A DNA stretch of 56,301 bases, filler included, from Sluysia triapertura (lineage: Eukaryota), in NCBI GenBank assembly GCA_046118255.1. It is 4 parts of 4 records of this genome, joined end to end, with 100 filler letters (N's around TTAATTAATTAA, not from the genome) between each part and the next. Parts side by side here need not be neighbours in the genome. Positions count along the whole stretch, not along the records: positions 26,101 to 43,661 come from JBJNIA010187279.1; positions 43,762 to 56,301 come from JBJNIA010100213.1; 2 more parts are not named here. One strand, written 5' to 3'. Below the pieces are notes generated by a model, which was not told where the DNA came from, did not search any database, and saw only the letters and a program-made list of their open reading frames with translations. Below are positions 36,801 through 50,550 of this stretch, in pieces. A program made the translations under genes and the position numbers. Positions within the stretch are counted from its first letter, which is position 1; the number at the start of each line of letters is the position of its first letter.

Positions 36801-38409
36801 CTTTTTCTTTTTTAATTTTTTCTTTATTAGAACTCTTATCCATTTCCTGTTTAACTTTATATTTATTTTACTTATTATTTACCAAGTTTCTATCATTCAT
36901 TCATTCCTTTCTTTATTTTTATTTTTAGTTTTTTCGTCTAACCTATTATCGGCACATCAACATTTATTATTGAAATAATGATTATATTTTATTTTTTATA
37001 TTTTCGTTTAAGTTTAACTCTGTAAAAAATAACGCAACAATAATACCAAAATGGTAATTAATAAGATTCGTTTAATTTAAAAACATCAATTTTATTATTT
37101 AATTCTATTGTATAATTCTATTGTTTTATAATGATTTTCTTGGAAATCATTTAATATAAACATCAATAAATTAGTCGTGTATAATGCACATTTATGTGTG
37201 ACACTCATCCTCTTTTAATATCATGAAAAAATTAACTTGCCATTGATTTTTATCGTCTGTATTATTTATAACAATTACTGAAGTTTAATAAATTATTATT
37301 AAATATATTGAACAAATATTTTGAATCGTATAGAGGGATCAATAAAGCCAGAGAATGACAAAAGAGAAAATGACACGCACTTTATTATCCAGAATTAGAA
37401 TTCGAGTTAAAGATATTCTTGTACAAGAATATCGAATATCAACTTATATAGCTTTATATTTTCGAAAACGGTTAAGTGCAAAGTGTCTTTAAGCTGGACG
37501 TATTGATTTATTTTGCCATGTGATCAAAATTTCAGAAATTTCCTTATCCATGGATTGAATACTATATTATAATCAAATTTTTACAAAAAAAATTTTACAT
37601 TCTCTTTAAATCAGTGACCTTCACACTTTTTCAAGACATCGAGGAACTTAAATAAAAATAACAAAGTAAACCAAAAAATTAAAATATATTTAATAATAAA
37701 TCATATTCGAACATACTACTCTTGTTGAGACTGTTTTTTGAATTAAGAAAAAATTTACTGTTTTGTCGTCTAATACGAATATCAATAAAATGAGAAAATA
37801 ATTGTATTAAAAATTATTTAAAATTATACTTCTCATATTTAAAGAATATTTTCTTTATGAATACTTTACTATAACTTTAAAATTACTTGCGACCCCAAAA
37901 AAATTTTTCGCGCCCCCTCCTTATGAAGAAACACTCTCAATTTTATCTCAGTAATAATTTTATTAAGTAATAGTATTGTAAAATAAATTATAACATTGTT
38001 AAAAATTTATATTAAAATTATATTGATGCGCAATTGAGTAAAATTGTGAAAAATACAAATGTTAACAAAATACATTATTAATTGTAAAAATACATCATTA
38101 TTATTATTATTATTACTATTATTATCATTATTATTATTATTTTCTTAGGATTCTTAATTGCTTTAAATGAATTCAGCATAAAATTATTTATCATACCGAA
38201 AATTATGTTTTTATTATCAATAAATTGTCTCGATTGATTTATTAAAATAATTATAACTATATTTACATAAATAATAATTTCCATAAAGTTATTTTGAAAG
38301 TACATATATTTATAAAAGTACTATTACAAAAATATTATAAATAAAGCAAAAAGTAATACTATAAAAACAATAATTTATAATAATAATAATTTATAATAAT
38401 CATTTTCCA

Positions 38410-38412
38410 TTA

Positions 38413-38460
<48 letters not shown>
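38410..38460. repeat. (ATT)n microsatellite
   Basis: Perfect run. Confidence 0.9.
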
Positions 38461-38463
<3 letters not shown>

Positions 38464-39371
38464 AATCCCTAATTAGAAAATATTTATTCATTAAACACAA
38501 TACACACGTAATCACAGACAAGATAAGGCTAGAAAACGAGATGAGAAAGATGTACATAAGTGTCGTCGCTTTGTAAATATTTATCAAATTGTTTATTTTT
38601 CACTTTCTATATACAAATTGTTGACACTTCTTTTTTCAAACTTCCTTCAAAGTATAAACATTGGTTGTCATGGTAATGTATGTTGATTTTGCTTTTTATT
38701 TAAAAAACAAAATAGAAAGTGTATAATTTATTTTAATTGGAAATATTTTCGATAATATTTTAATAATATTTTTTAATTGTTAAAACTTTTTGAAAATCTA
38801 TCTCAAACTATAAATAAATTGTTAACATGGCAAAACTTTATTTATTTATTCTGTATTTATTTATTAATTAATTATTAATCATTATTTATTAATACACGTT
38901 TTTAAAACAACATAATTCACGAGAACTATTCTACAATAATTAAGAAATCGTTTAGCCAATTCTTTTGCATAAACAGTTACTATATTTACATTGTCTTTGT
39001 TGATTTATCATTTCATTTGATGCATTAACAAAAAAAATAGTTAATTTATTGTAGAATATAGAAAATATTTAATAAAATTAGTTTTGTCATGGAAACGAAT
39101 GCTTTAACTATTTAATTGTAATTAATTCAAGCTAAAGAATAAAATTGTATTAAATAAATTTATTATTATTATTAAATAAAACTCAATAAAAATGTGAATA
39201 AATCTGAGTAAATTGCCAAATGCACTTTATCAAAAAACTCTGGCATAACATCATGAGGTAATCTGTTATATTCAAGGAAATAAAATGTATAGAAATCACA
39301 TAAGTCGTGTCATACCTGCGTGCACACGTTGCGATTGGTTACAAGTGTAACACATGAAATTACGACTTCGC

Positions 39372-39775
39372 TGTGGTGGCCAACCCAATATTTTAAAGTT
39401 TTATTTCAATAACACAACAAAATCACTAATCAAAATATTTCATAATTCATAATACTCCTAAACATAAAATTACAATACACCAAATTCACATTCAATACCG
39501 AAAATCATTAAATATTTACTTAAAAAATTAATTCATAACAGTACAAACCTAATCGCAACACGTTTCACATAAAACCACATTTTAACTATTCTTACATCTA
39601 AACCTTTCCATATTTTATTTTTTTCTTACTTCTACTAAAACCTTATCCCAAACTTCACAAAATATTCTATTTCATGCATCATAATATTAAAGTTACATTC
39701 ACTTTCAGAGTAATAACATACATTCAAAAAATTCATTAAAAACATATTCTTAGTTACATAACAGTACAATCATAA
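39372..39775 (+). mobile_element. LTR-like TGTGGTGGCCAA repeat copy; right boundary approximate
   Basis: Shared start and A/C skew. Confidence 0.6.
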
Positions 39776-39779
39776 GGAC

Positions 39780-40850
39780 ATTTCATTTCTTTGGTTAAAC
39801 AATGATAACAGCCGTAACTAAAATTAAAATGGTTAAAGTCGGCTCAAATTCAACAACATGCTATACCATTATTGCTGAAACATAAAAATGTTATTGGTTT
39901 ATCTAAAACCGGAAGTGTATAAACTGGTTCTCATTGTATTCCAGTTATTCAGCAATGCTTAGATAACGATCCACCATTAATGTATGTAAAGATTTTGATT
40001 CCCACAGTTGAATTAGTGATAGAAGAGTATGGTGAATTAATGAAGATGGGTGAAGGATTAACTCCGAAAATAATGGAAATATAGACATGACTGATCAATT
40101 AACGGAATTTCTGTTAATTTCTGTTGTTGACATTATAGTAGCAATTTTAATGATGCTTCATCACACCGGTCAAATTAAAGAAATTTTTTATTCTATTCAA
40201 TATTTGGTAATTGACAGTGCAGATAAAATGGTCAATTATCACTTAGGTGAAGACATTATATCACCAAAATCAAGAAATAAAAGAAAGAAGGAAATTAAAA
40301 AGATTTTCAGACAAACACAAATTTATTCAGCAACATGTTATGGTGAAGTTGAAAAGAAGTTCGGATTTTTGTTACATAATCTACAATTTGTTAATGTCGC
40401 ATCAGTAAGTAATTTTCCAACACAATTGAAACATTATGTTTGTGCTATGTCAAATAATGCTATAGAAAAAGATAGTTTTAGAATAATATGCGAAACATTA
40501 ACGCATTTTACTAATAAATCTATAGTTTTAACGCAATGTATTGTTAAATCATACCTACCTAAAGTTTAGTCTTTATTAAAGATCATCCTGATACATGGTA
40601 TTATGAATCCTTTATAGATAAAATGAATATTAATGTCATTTCAGCAGTGTGTTCGAATTCAAGAATGCTCCGCCAAAAACGAGAACAGCATATGATTCTT
40701 TTCAAATCGAGTGACACACATGTTATGTTTACTACTGAATTTACCAGTAGAAGATTAGAGGTCAAATATATTGTTTTGGTTGTCAATCTCAATGTTCGTT
40801 ATAGAGTTAGTCGAACTGCACGAGTTAGTGAACTTGAAGAGCTATGAATC
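39780..40850 (+). pseudogene. Intronless DEAD-box RNA helicase pseudogene (DDX47/Rrp3 or DDX49/Dbp8 subfamily)
   Basis: Motifs in order but decayed: Q (AQIQQHAIP), I (SKTGSV*T), Ia (IPTVEL), II (LVIDSAD), III (QTQIYSAT), V (TEFTSRRLEV), VI (YRVSRTAR). Confidence 0.85.
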
Positions 40851-42480
40851 AACTCAACACTTACCAGAATGCATCTTGACAGAATAAATGGTTTATTGAC
40901 AACTCTAAATATGTTTTCTCCAATATAAAACTCATCTACGAAAGAACTTAAAGCGCCCTCCAACAATTCCACAAATATGTAGTTGGATGAGCTTATACGG
41001 ATAACATAAAAGTAAATATTGAATGTAATTATAATGATGATAAATTAATTGTATGCTTTTATTTAATTAATGAAACTGGGTCTCAAAGAACATGGTATAT
41101 TCGGAAATTAACTCTAATAAACTTTTTTAGACTAATTATTATAAACAAATTTATGTTTTCATGTGTGTTTTTTTTAATTTGATAAATTTTGAAATATTTT
41201 GAAATAGTTCCTAATAAGATAAATTTAATTTTGCTAATAAATAATCATAATTTATTAATTTTAACTAATTGTTATAATGTCACTATGTTCCAACCAACAC
41301 AATCGCGAGCTTCGACCACTTGGCTTTGTCATCTAGAAAACTAATTAGTTTTCAATAAGATGTTTCGATTGATTTATTAACATAAAAACCATAATAAAGA
41401 AACTGGCCATATTAAATTTACATTATAGAAAACGAGAAAATTTTACAATGCGTGTAATGAAATATGTCAATAATAAAATTCTGACCGTGAGATTCGGAGA
41501 CTCATCATAATTCATCAATGAAATTTTATTAATTGAAGTATTTAAGAAACGCTTACTCATGTTTTATTAAAATATATTATTTGTTAAATTTAAATTTGTG
41601 TATTGAATTTAGAAAATGAAAATAATAAATGTATACATTCTTAGTTCCACCTGGTACTAACCTAAGAATAAGATCGAACAAACAAAATAATGATAATTAT
41701 TAGTGACATTATTATTACGTTATTATCATTATTAACAAGTTAAAAGTTATACTATTATTATTTGTTTATACTAATTTAAGCAAAAGTAGTTTAAACGATA
41801 TTAAAATAGTTATAATTATAATTATAATTATAGTTATAATTATAGTTATAGTTATAATTATAGTTATAGTTATGAAACAAAAACAATTTATTTTATCGAC
41901 ATATTTTACGATGTTAATAAATTCTGTCCAACTTGCTTGCATCTTACAATCACTGTATGAAAACTTGTCGCATAAATAATATGTTTTCATTGCGACATAA
42001 AGATTTACTTATTAAATAACAATTTTTTCTATTATAAAAGCGTTTTCCAAAATGTGTGTAAATAAATTATGTTTTAATTATATGATTTATAAATAAATAA
42101 AAAATAATTAATTTTATATTATGTTTCAATTTTATTCTCATTTAATTATTCAATATCGCAAAAATCCCAGATTTAATATCAGAGATTCGATTAGATATTT
42201 TGACCTACTATCATAAAACTTCCCTGAGGCATATCATAACGATATCATCTTTCGAAAGTCGAGTTTCGTCTTCGGTGACATCATCAAATCTCTTAAATAC
42301 ATCATTTTCTGCTTTCTGAAACTATGGACATTATTATCAGACTTCATAAGGACAATCAAACAATTGTTTAACATTTTAATTCCAATAACACTTTTATTTC
42401 TTTATTGCGTTTAATTTTTCCATATCATTGTTTATGAAACTAATTTTTAATTTTTGTCTTTTGTTAAGAAAGTATAGTAT

Positions 42481-42573
42481 AATTGACTATAATAAAATGA
42501 AATTGTTAGATGGGGCTGATAGGTCACAGCACCGAACTGTACAGCTGTGAAGCGAGAAGTACCAGGTTCGATT
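42481..42573 (+). repeat. tRNA-like repeat, copy 2 (B-box present)
   Basis: AGATGGGGC-TGATAGGTCA..AGCACCGAACTGTACAGCTGTGAAG..CCAGGTTCGATT. Confidence 0.7.
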
Positions 42574-43450
42574 TATTTATTCTCTACCTAAACTCTCATT
42601 ACACATAATGGCACTAAAGACTAATTTTTTCATCGATTTAAGAATTCCGCATTTAGATCGTAGGAGTCAATTAAATAGTATATTTATTTAAAATGTGCAA
42701 AAGTTCTTTCTAACAATGGTTCGAAATTCAACGACTTTGAGTAATTGACTTTATGAAATGTTTAAGCCTGAAGATATTTAAAATTGGAATGATTAATGAA
42801 CGAATGACAATATGAATTGATTAATTGATTAAGAATGTATGATTATGATTAAAGATTTTATTGATTGTTTATTGAATTGTAAAGTGATTTTAGGTATCTT
42901 ACATGTATCTGTTTATGAATTTAGTGAATGCATTAAATAATGTAACGTATGACTTTTATCTTGTAAAATGATATTATGTGATGATCATATCATAATAGGA
43001 ATTACGAATTGTGATAAATTTATGTTAGCATACAGTTTGTTTACATATTGTGTGTGTTGAATTTTCATTTAAGAAAAATAGAAAATCAAAAGTTTCCATG
43101 TAAAACCACAACGAAGCATCGAAAACAAAGTAAATTCAGTAATATAAATGGCTTAATGAGAATAACGTTATGAGTACAGGATGCACAAAGGACTATTTGA
43201 TGATATAGGAATGTGTGATTACGATTTTCTTTCATTTGATTTTCGATATTTTTATTAAACTAATTAGTGAATGTCTATTATAAAACTATTAACTTTATAT
43301 ATAGGCAGGTCAAACAGATGCAGTCGCACAGGACTCAAGCCTGAGGGTCGACGAATGAATATATATGCTGTCGCTAAAGTTTCTCCCATAAAGAACAGTG
43401 CATTTTATGACGTCAACTATCTAATCTAAACGACTAAATTTACCCGCTTA

Positions 43451-43570
43451 TTAACACGCTGAATGCCATGGGGTTCACCGGTGACCTGCGAAGCCAAGAT
43501 TATTAGAAACAAATACTGAGAAATTCATTTTGGTCAGATGGGCAAGCCATGTAAAATTAGTGTGGCATTC
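43451..43570. mobile_element. piggyBac-like MITE fragment
   Basis: TTAACACGCTGAATGCCA left end; partial complementary TGGCATTC near 43563. Confidence 0.4.
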
Positions 43571-43661
43571 TTATAATTGATACATTATATATGTCATTGT
43601 TTTTAATGCTATGTGGGGCCCGATTTCAATATATTGCATATATTTAATATATATATATATA

Positions 43662-43761
43662 NNNNNNNNNNNNNNNNNNNNNNNNNNNNNNNNNNNNNNN
43701 NNNNNTTAATTAATTAANNNNNNNNNNNNNNNNNNNNNNNNNNNNNNNNNNNNNNNNNNNN
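43662..43761. other. Artificial contig linker
   Basis: N44-TTAATTAATTAA-N44. Confidence 0.98.
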
Positions 43762-45081
43762 ACTAATAATAATAATAATATTATTATTATTATAAAGTAT
43801 GTCTTCTACCTGGAGTAATTTTAAAAATAATGTGTTTAATGTGGTTAATGAAGTTTCAGCGCATTCTATAACTTTAAGATGCAGTTTAAAAATATGTGTA
43901 GACCTAATATTGCGAATTCTGAAAATAATTTACTTGATTATTGTAATTGTAAAATTAGACTTAAATTGCATAGTAATTTATGTTAGCCTTAGTTCTGAAG
44001 TGTGTTCATAATTTATTAATCAACTTGTCAAATATCTTTTTCGTAAATTGATTCGAAATTGGTAGAAGTTCTTAAAATAATAATGCGATGTTTTATTTTA
44101 AGCAATATTGATGATTATCTTAAAAATGAAGTCGGTTTGATTGTATTTAAATTAAAAATATCAATGACACCACAAGAAAAGTAATACCACCTTTAGGAAA
44201 TATATTTAAATTAGAACAATTTTTCGTGTAGGTTTCTTTATTATCAAAAGCGGCAGAAATCTAAATAAAGAAATGTCTTTATAATGTAACGTGTAAACTT
44301 TCGTTTACTATTCTCATATTTATAAAGATCACTTTATACGCTTAAGATAGTATGATTTAAATATCAGTCTGTTCTTACTTTGGGTAGCAGCACTGATAAA
44401 ATTACAATCTTACGAAGTTTACAAATGTCATTTACTATTAGTAATTAACCAATTGTAAACCATAATGAAGTAACAGCAACAATTTCATTTTAGTGAAATT
44501 CCTTTTTGTTTTAGAAAAGATGTGTTGTATTTTCATAACTGAACCATCGTGATTTTGAATTCTACTATTGCTTTTATTGATAATTATTTCAATTTTTCTA
44601 TGAAATTTCTCTTATCAACCATTATAATGTTGCCTATTATTAGTTTATTATATTTTCTATAAAATATTTTTCGGAGTTAAAGGATTTGAAATTAATTTTT
44701 AAAGTTTTTATAATTAGTGAATGTTTGAAAAACATTAATGTAATTTACATTGTAGAACTTTATTAGCTTATTAAGAAAAGAATTTGTTAAATTTATATTT
44801 AAAATTTGTTCAAGTACTTAGTTTACCTAAATTTTACTAGATAAGCAAAAAAAATTTTACGTTATTGCATAAGTAAAAGCATGCAATTTTATCTTCCAAT
44901 ACGAAATTTAACTTTTAACATCAAAATTTCTAAGTTAATTTTTATAATGTCCATATTTTCATAAGTTGTGGATCGGTTTGGTTGTGGAGTTCTAAAAAAT
45001 AAACGATAGAGATAGAAACCATGATAATGACTAAAGAAAATTACAATTACTTTCAGCGATAGTTTACTAACTAGATAAGAG

Positions 45082-46443
45082 TTATTCTTTTCGTGCTGGA
45101 AACAGATTTGGGAACCACTGTACTTGAGTTTGTTGTAACGATGGCAATAGATTGTCTACTCTTTGTCTTTGTTCATCTACTTCTCGTTCATTGCAATTCA
45201 TTTGGTAGATGACATGATAATACAGGTAGGATGTACCGAATTTTATGCATAATTTAAATGCATTCAACTGCGACGGACATTGTCCCATACTTTTTCGATT
45301 GGATAAGATAATATTAGTACCAGATATGAAATGAAAAATGATCTTTAACATGTGCTTGAAAACATGTAGCACTATTCAACATGGATGAAATCAACTTGAC
45401 ATGTCGCTCCTATAATGTTGTAGACGATATAAAGTTATTCTTGCGAAGCGACGCAATATAATCTTAAAATATTCTATACTCTTAACATCTGATTTTGCCA
45501 TTTATTGATTTAAGTATTAATGTTTACAAGAAATTACATACATAACCGGCTTAGATAATACAAATGACACAGCACGATTAATAACAGCTTTATCATGGTC
45601 AATTTGAAATATTAGACCACGATTTAACATGTAGTATATCGTTAGTAATTCGAGAAAATTTTCTAAACGCACAATTTCACTGTACGACACACAACGGCAT
45701 AAACGCTCTCGTTCGGATACATTTTCGAAATCTTTCAATTCTATATGATAAACAGGAATAGTGTAAGGTCGATTTTTACAATTCAAGAATTTTCTAACTA
45801 AGGAATTAATACTTGTTTTAACAGGTTTAGGATGATAAAATTTTTCATCAGTAAGAGTTATGTCATTTAAGCTTTTGTTCATACTATATACAAGACTTGC
45901 TGATAGATGTAAGTCATTCAAAATTGTTTCATTAGTAATTCTATAAAATAGGTCTGATGTAACCATTGAACAATGATTTTGATTAAGTTAATACGTATTA
46001 CACTTTCAGTATTTGGATTTAGGAAGCATAACTTGTAATTCATTAGCAATAAAATTACGACTTTTATCGGTTGGAAGATATATTATTACATCTGACTTTG
46101 ATAACAAAAGATACTGTTGTTTATTATGGAATTCAATAACATATAAGACAGTAGGTAGCTTACATATTAGGTCAATATAAAACAACAACTGATTTTTAGT
46201 TTTTACTAAGTTAAATGTTACTATTGAATTTATAAAAAGTTTATTCGGTTTAGTTATCTTTATAAATTGTCCACTTTTATCACTTGAGTGAAGTAAAAAT
46301 TCATCATTGAAAACATTACGTTTACGTTCAGCTTCGTAATGATACCACTTTATATTTTTCAATAAATCAATCTGTTTTTTAATTTCAACATCAATAATAG
46401 GTCGAATATTTTCGTCTGAGAATAAATATGTATCATCCATCAT
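45082..46443 (-). pseudogene. Run of three closely packed ORFs (145, 149 and 96 aa) of unknown family
   Basis: Co-oriented and protein-like in composition, directly downstream of the paired-CCAAT module; either one broken gene or a small gene cassette. Confidence 0.5.
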
Positions 46444-46554
46444 AATTTACTTCTGAATCGTTTTAAAATTAACTATTAATTACTTGAATCGTTATAATAT
46501 AATTTTTTAAACTTTTTGTTGTGTTCAATTTTTATTTAGCTGCAATATCTATTA

Positions 46555-46792
46555 TGATAGGGTGTCCAATAAAAGTAACAAATAGTAAAATACAAAAATA
46601 GAGTTGATTGGACGTCCAATCAAACTAACTGGATTAATATTAATTAATGATTATGTTGTGCAGATATATACCTGTCACCATGCAACTATAAAGAGATGAC
46701 AATTAAGAAATGGTGACATGCACTTTCAATCTATGCAGCTGGCAACAACAAAATCAATTTTTGTACAAATGATCTGTCTAGATTGACAGACA
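46555..46792 (-). promoter_or_regulatory. Terminal/promoter module, copy 2, with a perfect 20-bp palindrome
   Basis: TTGATTGGACGTCCAATCAA at 46604-46623, second degenerate box near 46560, TGTCTGTCA start at 46792, short inverted repeats at 46673/46710 and 46773-46790. Confidence 0.7.
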
Positions 46793-47148
46793 TAAAATTA
46801 ATAAAAATATTAATGATAATAAGTATGTATAATAATAATCATAATAAAAATGGCTAAAATAATAATTATAATAAAATAAATAAATAGAATAATAATAATA
46901 ATAAAAATAAAATTATATAAAAATACAAAATACGCATAAACTTTATCTCTTTAAGTCTTAAAAATAATTGAAATTCTTTTAACTTAACTTATTTACAAAT
47001 AAATCTTGAACTTCTTTTCTTTAAAATAAAATTACATAAATAAAATTCTTTTTTATCTTTATTCTTTTAAAATTATTTACATAAAAAATCATGAATTTCT
47101 TTTAGCTTAAATACTTTTGAATAAAATTTTTTCTTTAAATGATTTATA

Positions 47149-47271
47149 TACAAATCCTATAAGGATTTTGTAAAATACCAATGTAATAACCTTTACTAAC
47201 ATCAATTTTGTTTATTTTTATTGAAACCCGAAAAAATTATTCTTAAGTCCTATTTTTAAAGGATTCTTGTA
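47149..47271 (-). repeat. Two bulged hairpins with TCCT/AGGA upper stems
   Basis: TACAAA-A-TCCT-TAT-AGGA-TTTGTA and AAG-AA-TCCT-TTAAAAAT-AGGA-CTT. Confidence 0.6.
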
Positions 47272-47419
47272 AAATCACAGTTATTAACCCAGATTAAAAG
47301 AGTTAATCATTTACTCCAGCAAACTTTAATGAAATATACTGATTTACTGCGAACTAAAGAATCAATTTGACTACAACCTATGCATGATTAATTAACTTCC
47401 TCTAGTTAATTTTAAGAAA

Positions 47420-47484
47420 TCCAACGGCTGCCCCTAACCGGTAAGACTAGATACGTTGGTGAACTCACATTCACATCTTTATTC
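47420..47484 (-). other. Conserved structured retroelement-leader module, copy 3
   Basis: AATAAA..GTGAGTTCACCAACGTAT CTAGTCTTA CCGGT TAGGGGCAG CCGTTGGA. Confidence 0.8.
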
Positions 47485-49012
47485 TGAGAAAAATAAATTC
47501 GAACGAATAAAAATAAAAAAAAATCTTCGCAAGAGGAAGAAATTGAAAATGTAGCAGAAAATTTAATAGGCTCTTAAATGAATGTGAGTTGGACTCCAGA
47601 AATTCAAAATTTCAAGGTTTTGAATAAAGTTTTATTTCTTATTTTTTACAATTACTTGAGCTAAGCCTCGTCATTGATTTTTTTCGTTGATTTTTATATT
47701 TTTTATTTGTGTAAGACGCTGCTTATTACAAGGTTTTATGGTATATCGTAAATCTTACTAATTTAAAATAAAACTTGGAAACTTTTACGTTATAAACATA
47801 TAGTTACTTCAAAATTAATTGTTTACATGTTAAAATCTCAGATTTTTTATTTAAACTTAAAATTATTTTATTTATTTAAAATTATTATTATGAATTATTT
47901 CTTTTGTCATCACAAACCTTCAAAATCATAAAAAACACATTAAATTTATTTAAAACTATTTAAAAATCAATTAAAATGCTTTAGAAATCTTTAAAATTAC
48001 TTAAAATAATTATTTTCCAAAAAAGAAAATAAAATTTCTAAAAAATAAAATTAGCCTCTAAAAAGAGAATGGAAGCTTCTAGAATGTTCTGGAATATTTC
48101 ATCTACTTTAATTGGCTGATAACTAGTATATAAACTAGCGTCAGTACGAAGAAAATCGCCTGTGGTTGTTGTAATTGGGTTGTTAGTTATAAAATAATAT
48201 TTTATGAACAAATTATGACTTAAATCAATAGTTTGAATTTCAGTTCTCATTGATGGCCTATTAATATTATAGTCATTATGAAATGTCAATGTCGAACTCA
48301 CCACAAAAATAGAATAACCAAGTAATAAACCTATTAGATTAGTATAAGTTTTTTGATCGAGTTTAATCCTATAATGATCACTCGTGAATAAATGCAAGAC
48401 TCAAATTAAGGTTACAAATGTTATGTCAAGGTTTAATACATGTTCGAATTTGTCACTTTTAGAAATTTTGTAAGGTCTTTCCATTTCATTATTGTAATTA
48501 GAAGTTTTGAATAATATAATGAGATTGAATTTATATTTATATCGTTTACTTATGAACACACACGATAAATTAACATTCAAGAGTTAAAACACATAATATA
48601 ATATTTTATTGAATAGTTAAAACATAGAATTTTGCTTTTTAATAATAACTGGAAGATTTTCTTTAATTTTGAAAATTTACACTGAATTTTATATGGTTGC
48701 CCTTGCTGCATTTCATCGATCCGGTTTTCTCGTACTTTAGCTAAATGATAGTTACATAAATATATACAATTAAAATCAGTTAAGTTATAGAAAAATTCAA
48801 AATTGTAAAGAAAATTCAAATTTAAATTTACTTGGTTTTTAATTGGTTTTATATCTCGATGATTGATTGACGAGGTAATGTCGAATGAAGGAGTAGCGGT
48901 ACAAAGCACTCTAAATTGAAAAACACCGCCCGTAGATGAAATCCGAATTTGTAGTTGCTAAGAAGTTTGACTTTTTCATTATTGAACATCGATTTTATTG
49001 AGTATTGAATGA

Positions 49013-49606
49013 TCATATTACATAATTCTTGTATGAAAATAAGATATTACTTGTGACGTACGCACATTCGATTTTGTCAATAATCGAAGCCAAATTTTCA
49101 TTCACCAAAATTTGAAATTTCAATAAAAATGTGATATTAGCATGCTCCATATTCAACGTTGATTTATTTAGGGAAATAATCAATTCCATTTTTGATCCTG
49201 GTGTCATTAATGAATCAACTAAACATTGCACCTTGTTTTGAACTTTATTGTGAGTTAGCGAACTATTGATCGAGTTACGGTTTAAAAATATATTTACTAA
49301 ATTATAGAGATTAAGTCGTGATACATTTTCCTCATGAAAATTATCTAAATTTGACATACCCATTTGTCTCAAAATCAGTAGTATGAAATCACCCGCAAAC
49401 TCCTTTACATCTGAATTACTTGATTCTTCCTGAATTACATGATCCAATATTGAAGTATAACCTTGTACTCTCCCCGCCGAATGGCAATTCAATCTTAATA
49501 TCACTGGATTGTGACAATTACGAATAGCATTATGCACCATGATATACTCCTCGTTTAAATTGTTTAAATCATCGAACTCATTCATAATATTCATGTTAAG
49601 GAACAC
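49013..49606 (-). CDS. Hypothetical protein, likely part of a longer broken coding run (about 50058 to 48040)
   Basis: 197-aa ORF, unlikely by chance at this AT content; co-oriented ORFs at 48577 and 48038; family not recognised. Confidence 0.45.
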   Translation of the reverse strand: MFLNMNIMNEFDDLNNLNEEYIMVHNAIRNCHNPVILRLNCHSAGRVQGYTSILDHVIQEESSNSDVKEFAGDFILLILRQMGMSNLDNFHEENVSRLNLYNLVNIFLNRNSINSSLTHNKVQNKVQCLVDSLMTPGSKMELIISLNKSTLNMEHANITFLLKFQILVNENLASIIDKIECAYVTSNILFSYKNYVI

Positions 49607-50165
49607 CTCACTAGGTCCTTAACCTACATTGGAACCTGCTTTATTGAATAAAATTTCGTAATAATTACATCCATTTTTCTTCTCTTGGTTTAATTTGATT
49701 TCTATCTCATCGTTTTTACTTTCTACTTTTTCAACTTTCGTACTTATTTCTTCTGGCGCTGATATTTCTGATTTTAATTCAGTCTTTAAATTACTTTTTT
49801 AATATTACTTTTTAATATTTTAATATTTTTAAAGATTTTAATATTAAAATCTTTAATATTACTTTTTTGATCCAAGAGATTGTTCAAATTTGATGCTTCC
49901 GAAACGTTTTCGAGTTGTTTATTTTTCTCTGTAAACTTTACATCAGATTATTGGTGATCTTTGAAATGTCTCGAACAAAATCGTTGAACAGTTTGGTGAC
50001 CAAAAAAACATCTGGATAAACACAGTTCAGGTATACCTTGATTGTTTTCACCTTCCATAGTTATAGTATATTGTAGATCAATTAACAAATAAAGTTATTA
50101 ATTTATTTTTATTTTTAGCCTGATAAAAATATTTGAAAAATTTTATCTATTCAAATTTTTGTACG

Positions 50166-50285
50166 CCCAATCAGAGGTTTTGAAAATATTAATGATTATG
50201 TACACTCTGATTGGGTGATGATGAATGTTCATTTACAATCAATGATAAAACAACCACCGTCATCAGTGGTGTCATTTTAATGACA
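50166..50285 (-). promoter_or_regulatory. Inverted CCAAT-box pair and short palindromes upstream of the minus-strand ORF run
   Basis: CCCAATCAGAG (50166-50176) / CTCTGATTGGG (50205-50215); TGTCATTTTAATGACA at about 50270-50285. Confidence 0.5.
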
Positions 50286-50550
50286 ATTTTAATCAACACA
50301 AATAGTACTGATGATGGCGGTAACTAGTTTGATGAAAATTATTTTTATTAATTGATTTAATAGTAAAAATAATAATAACAATGATGATAACAATAATAAT
50401 AACAATAACATTGTTATTATTATTGTTATTAATAAAAAACGCATAAATTCTTTAAAAAAAGACTTAAACATGATCTTCTTCTTTGTATTCTTGAACCTTC
50501 TCACATATAAAAATGGTAAAATAAAAAGGGAACAAAAATAATTAATAAAC

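Noticed and set aside
37490-37545. LPCDQNF, reminiscent of the Sola transposase GHxxLPCDxDF motif
   Set aside because: Single short match with no other motif or TIR.
37886-37935. hAT-like right-end fragment (GCGACCCC..GAAACACT); also CAGGGCTCG at about 20948
   Set aside because: No partner end or TSD could be found.
43800-44950. Possible tyrosine recombinase or protease remnants on the minus strand
   Set aside because: Too many stops; catalytic residues cannot be placed.
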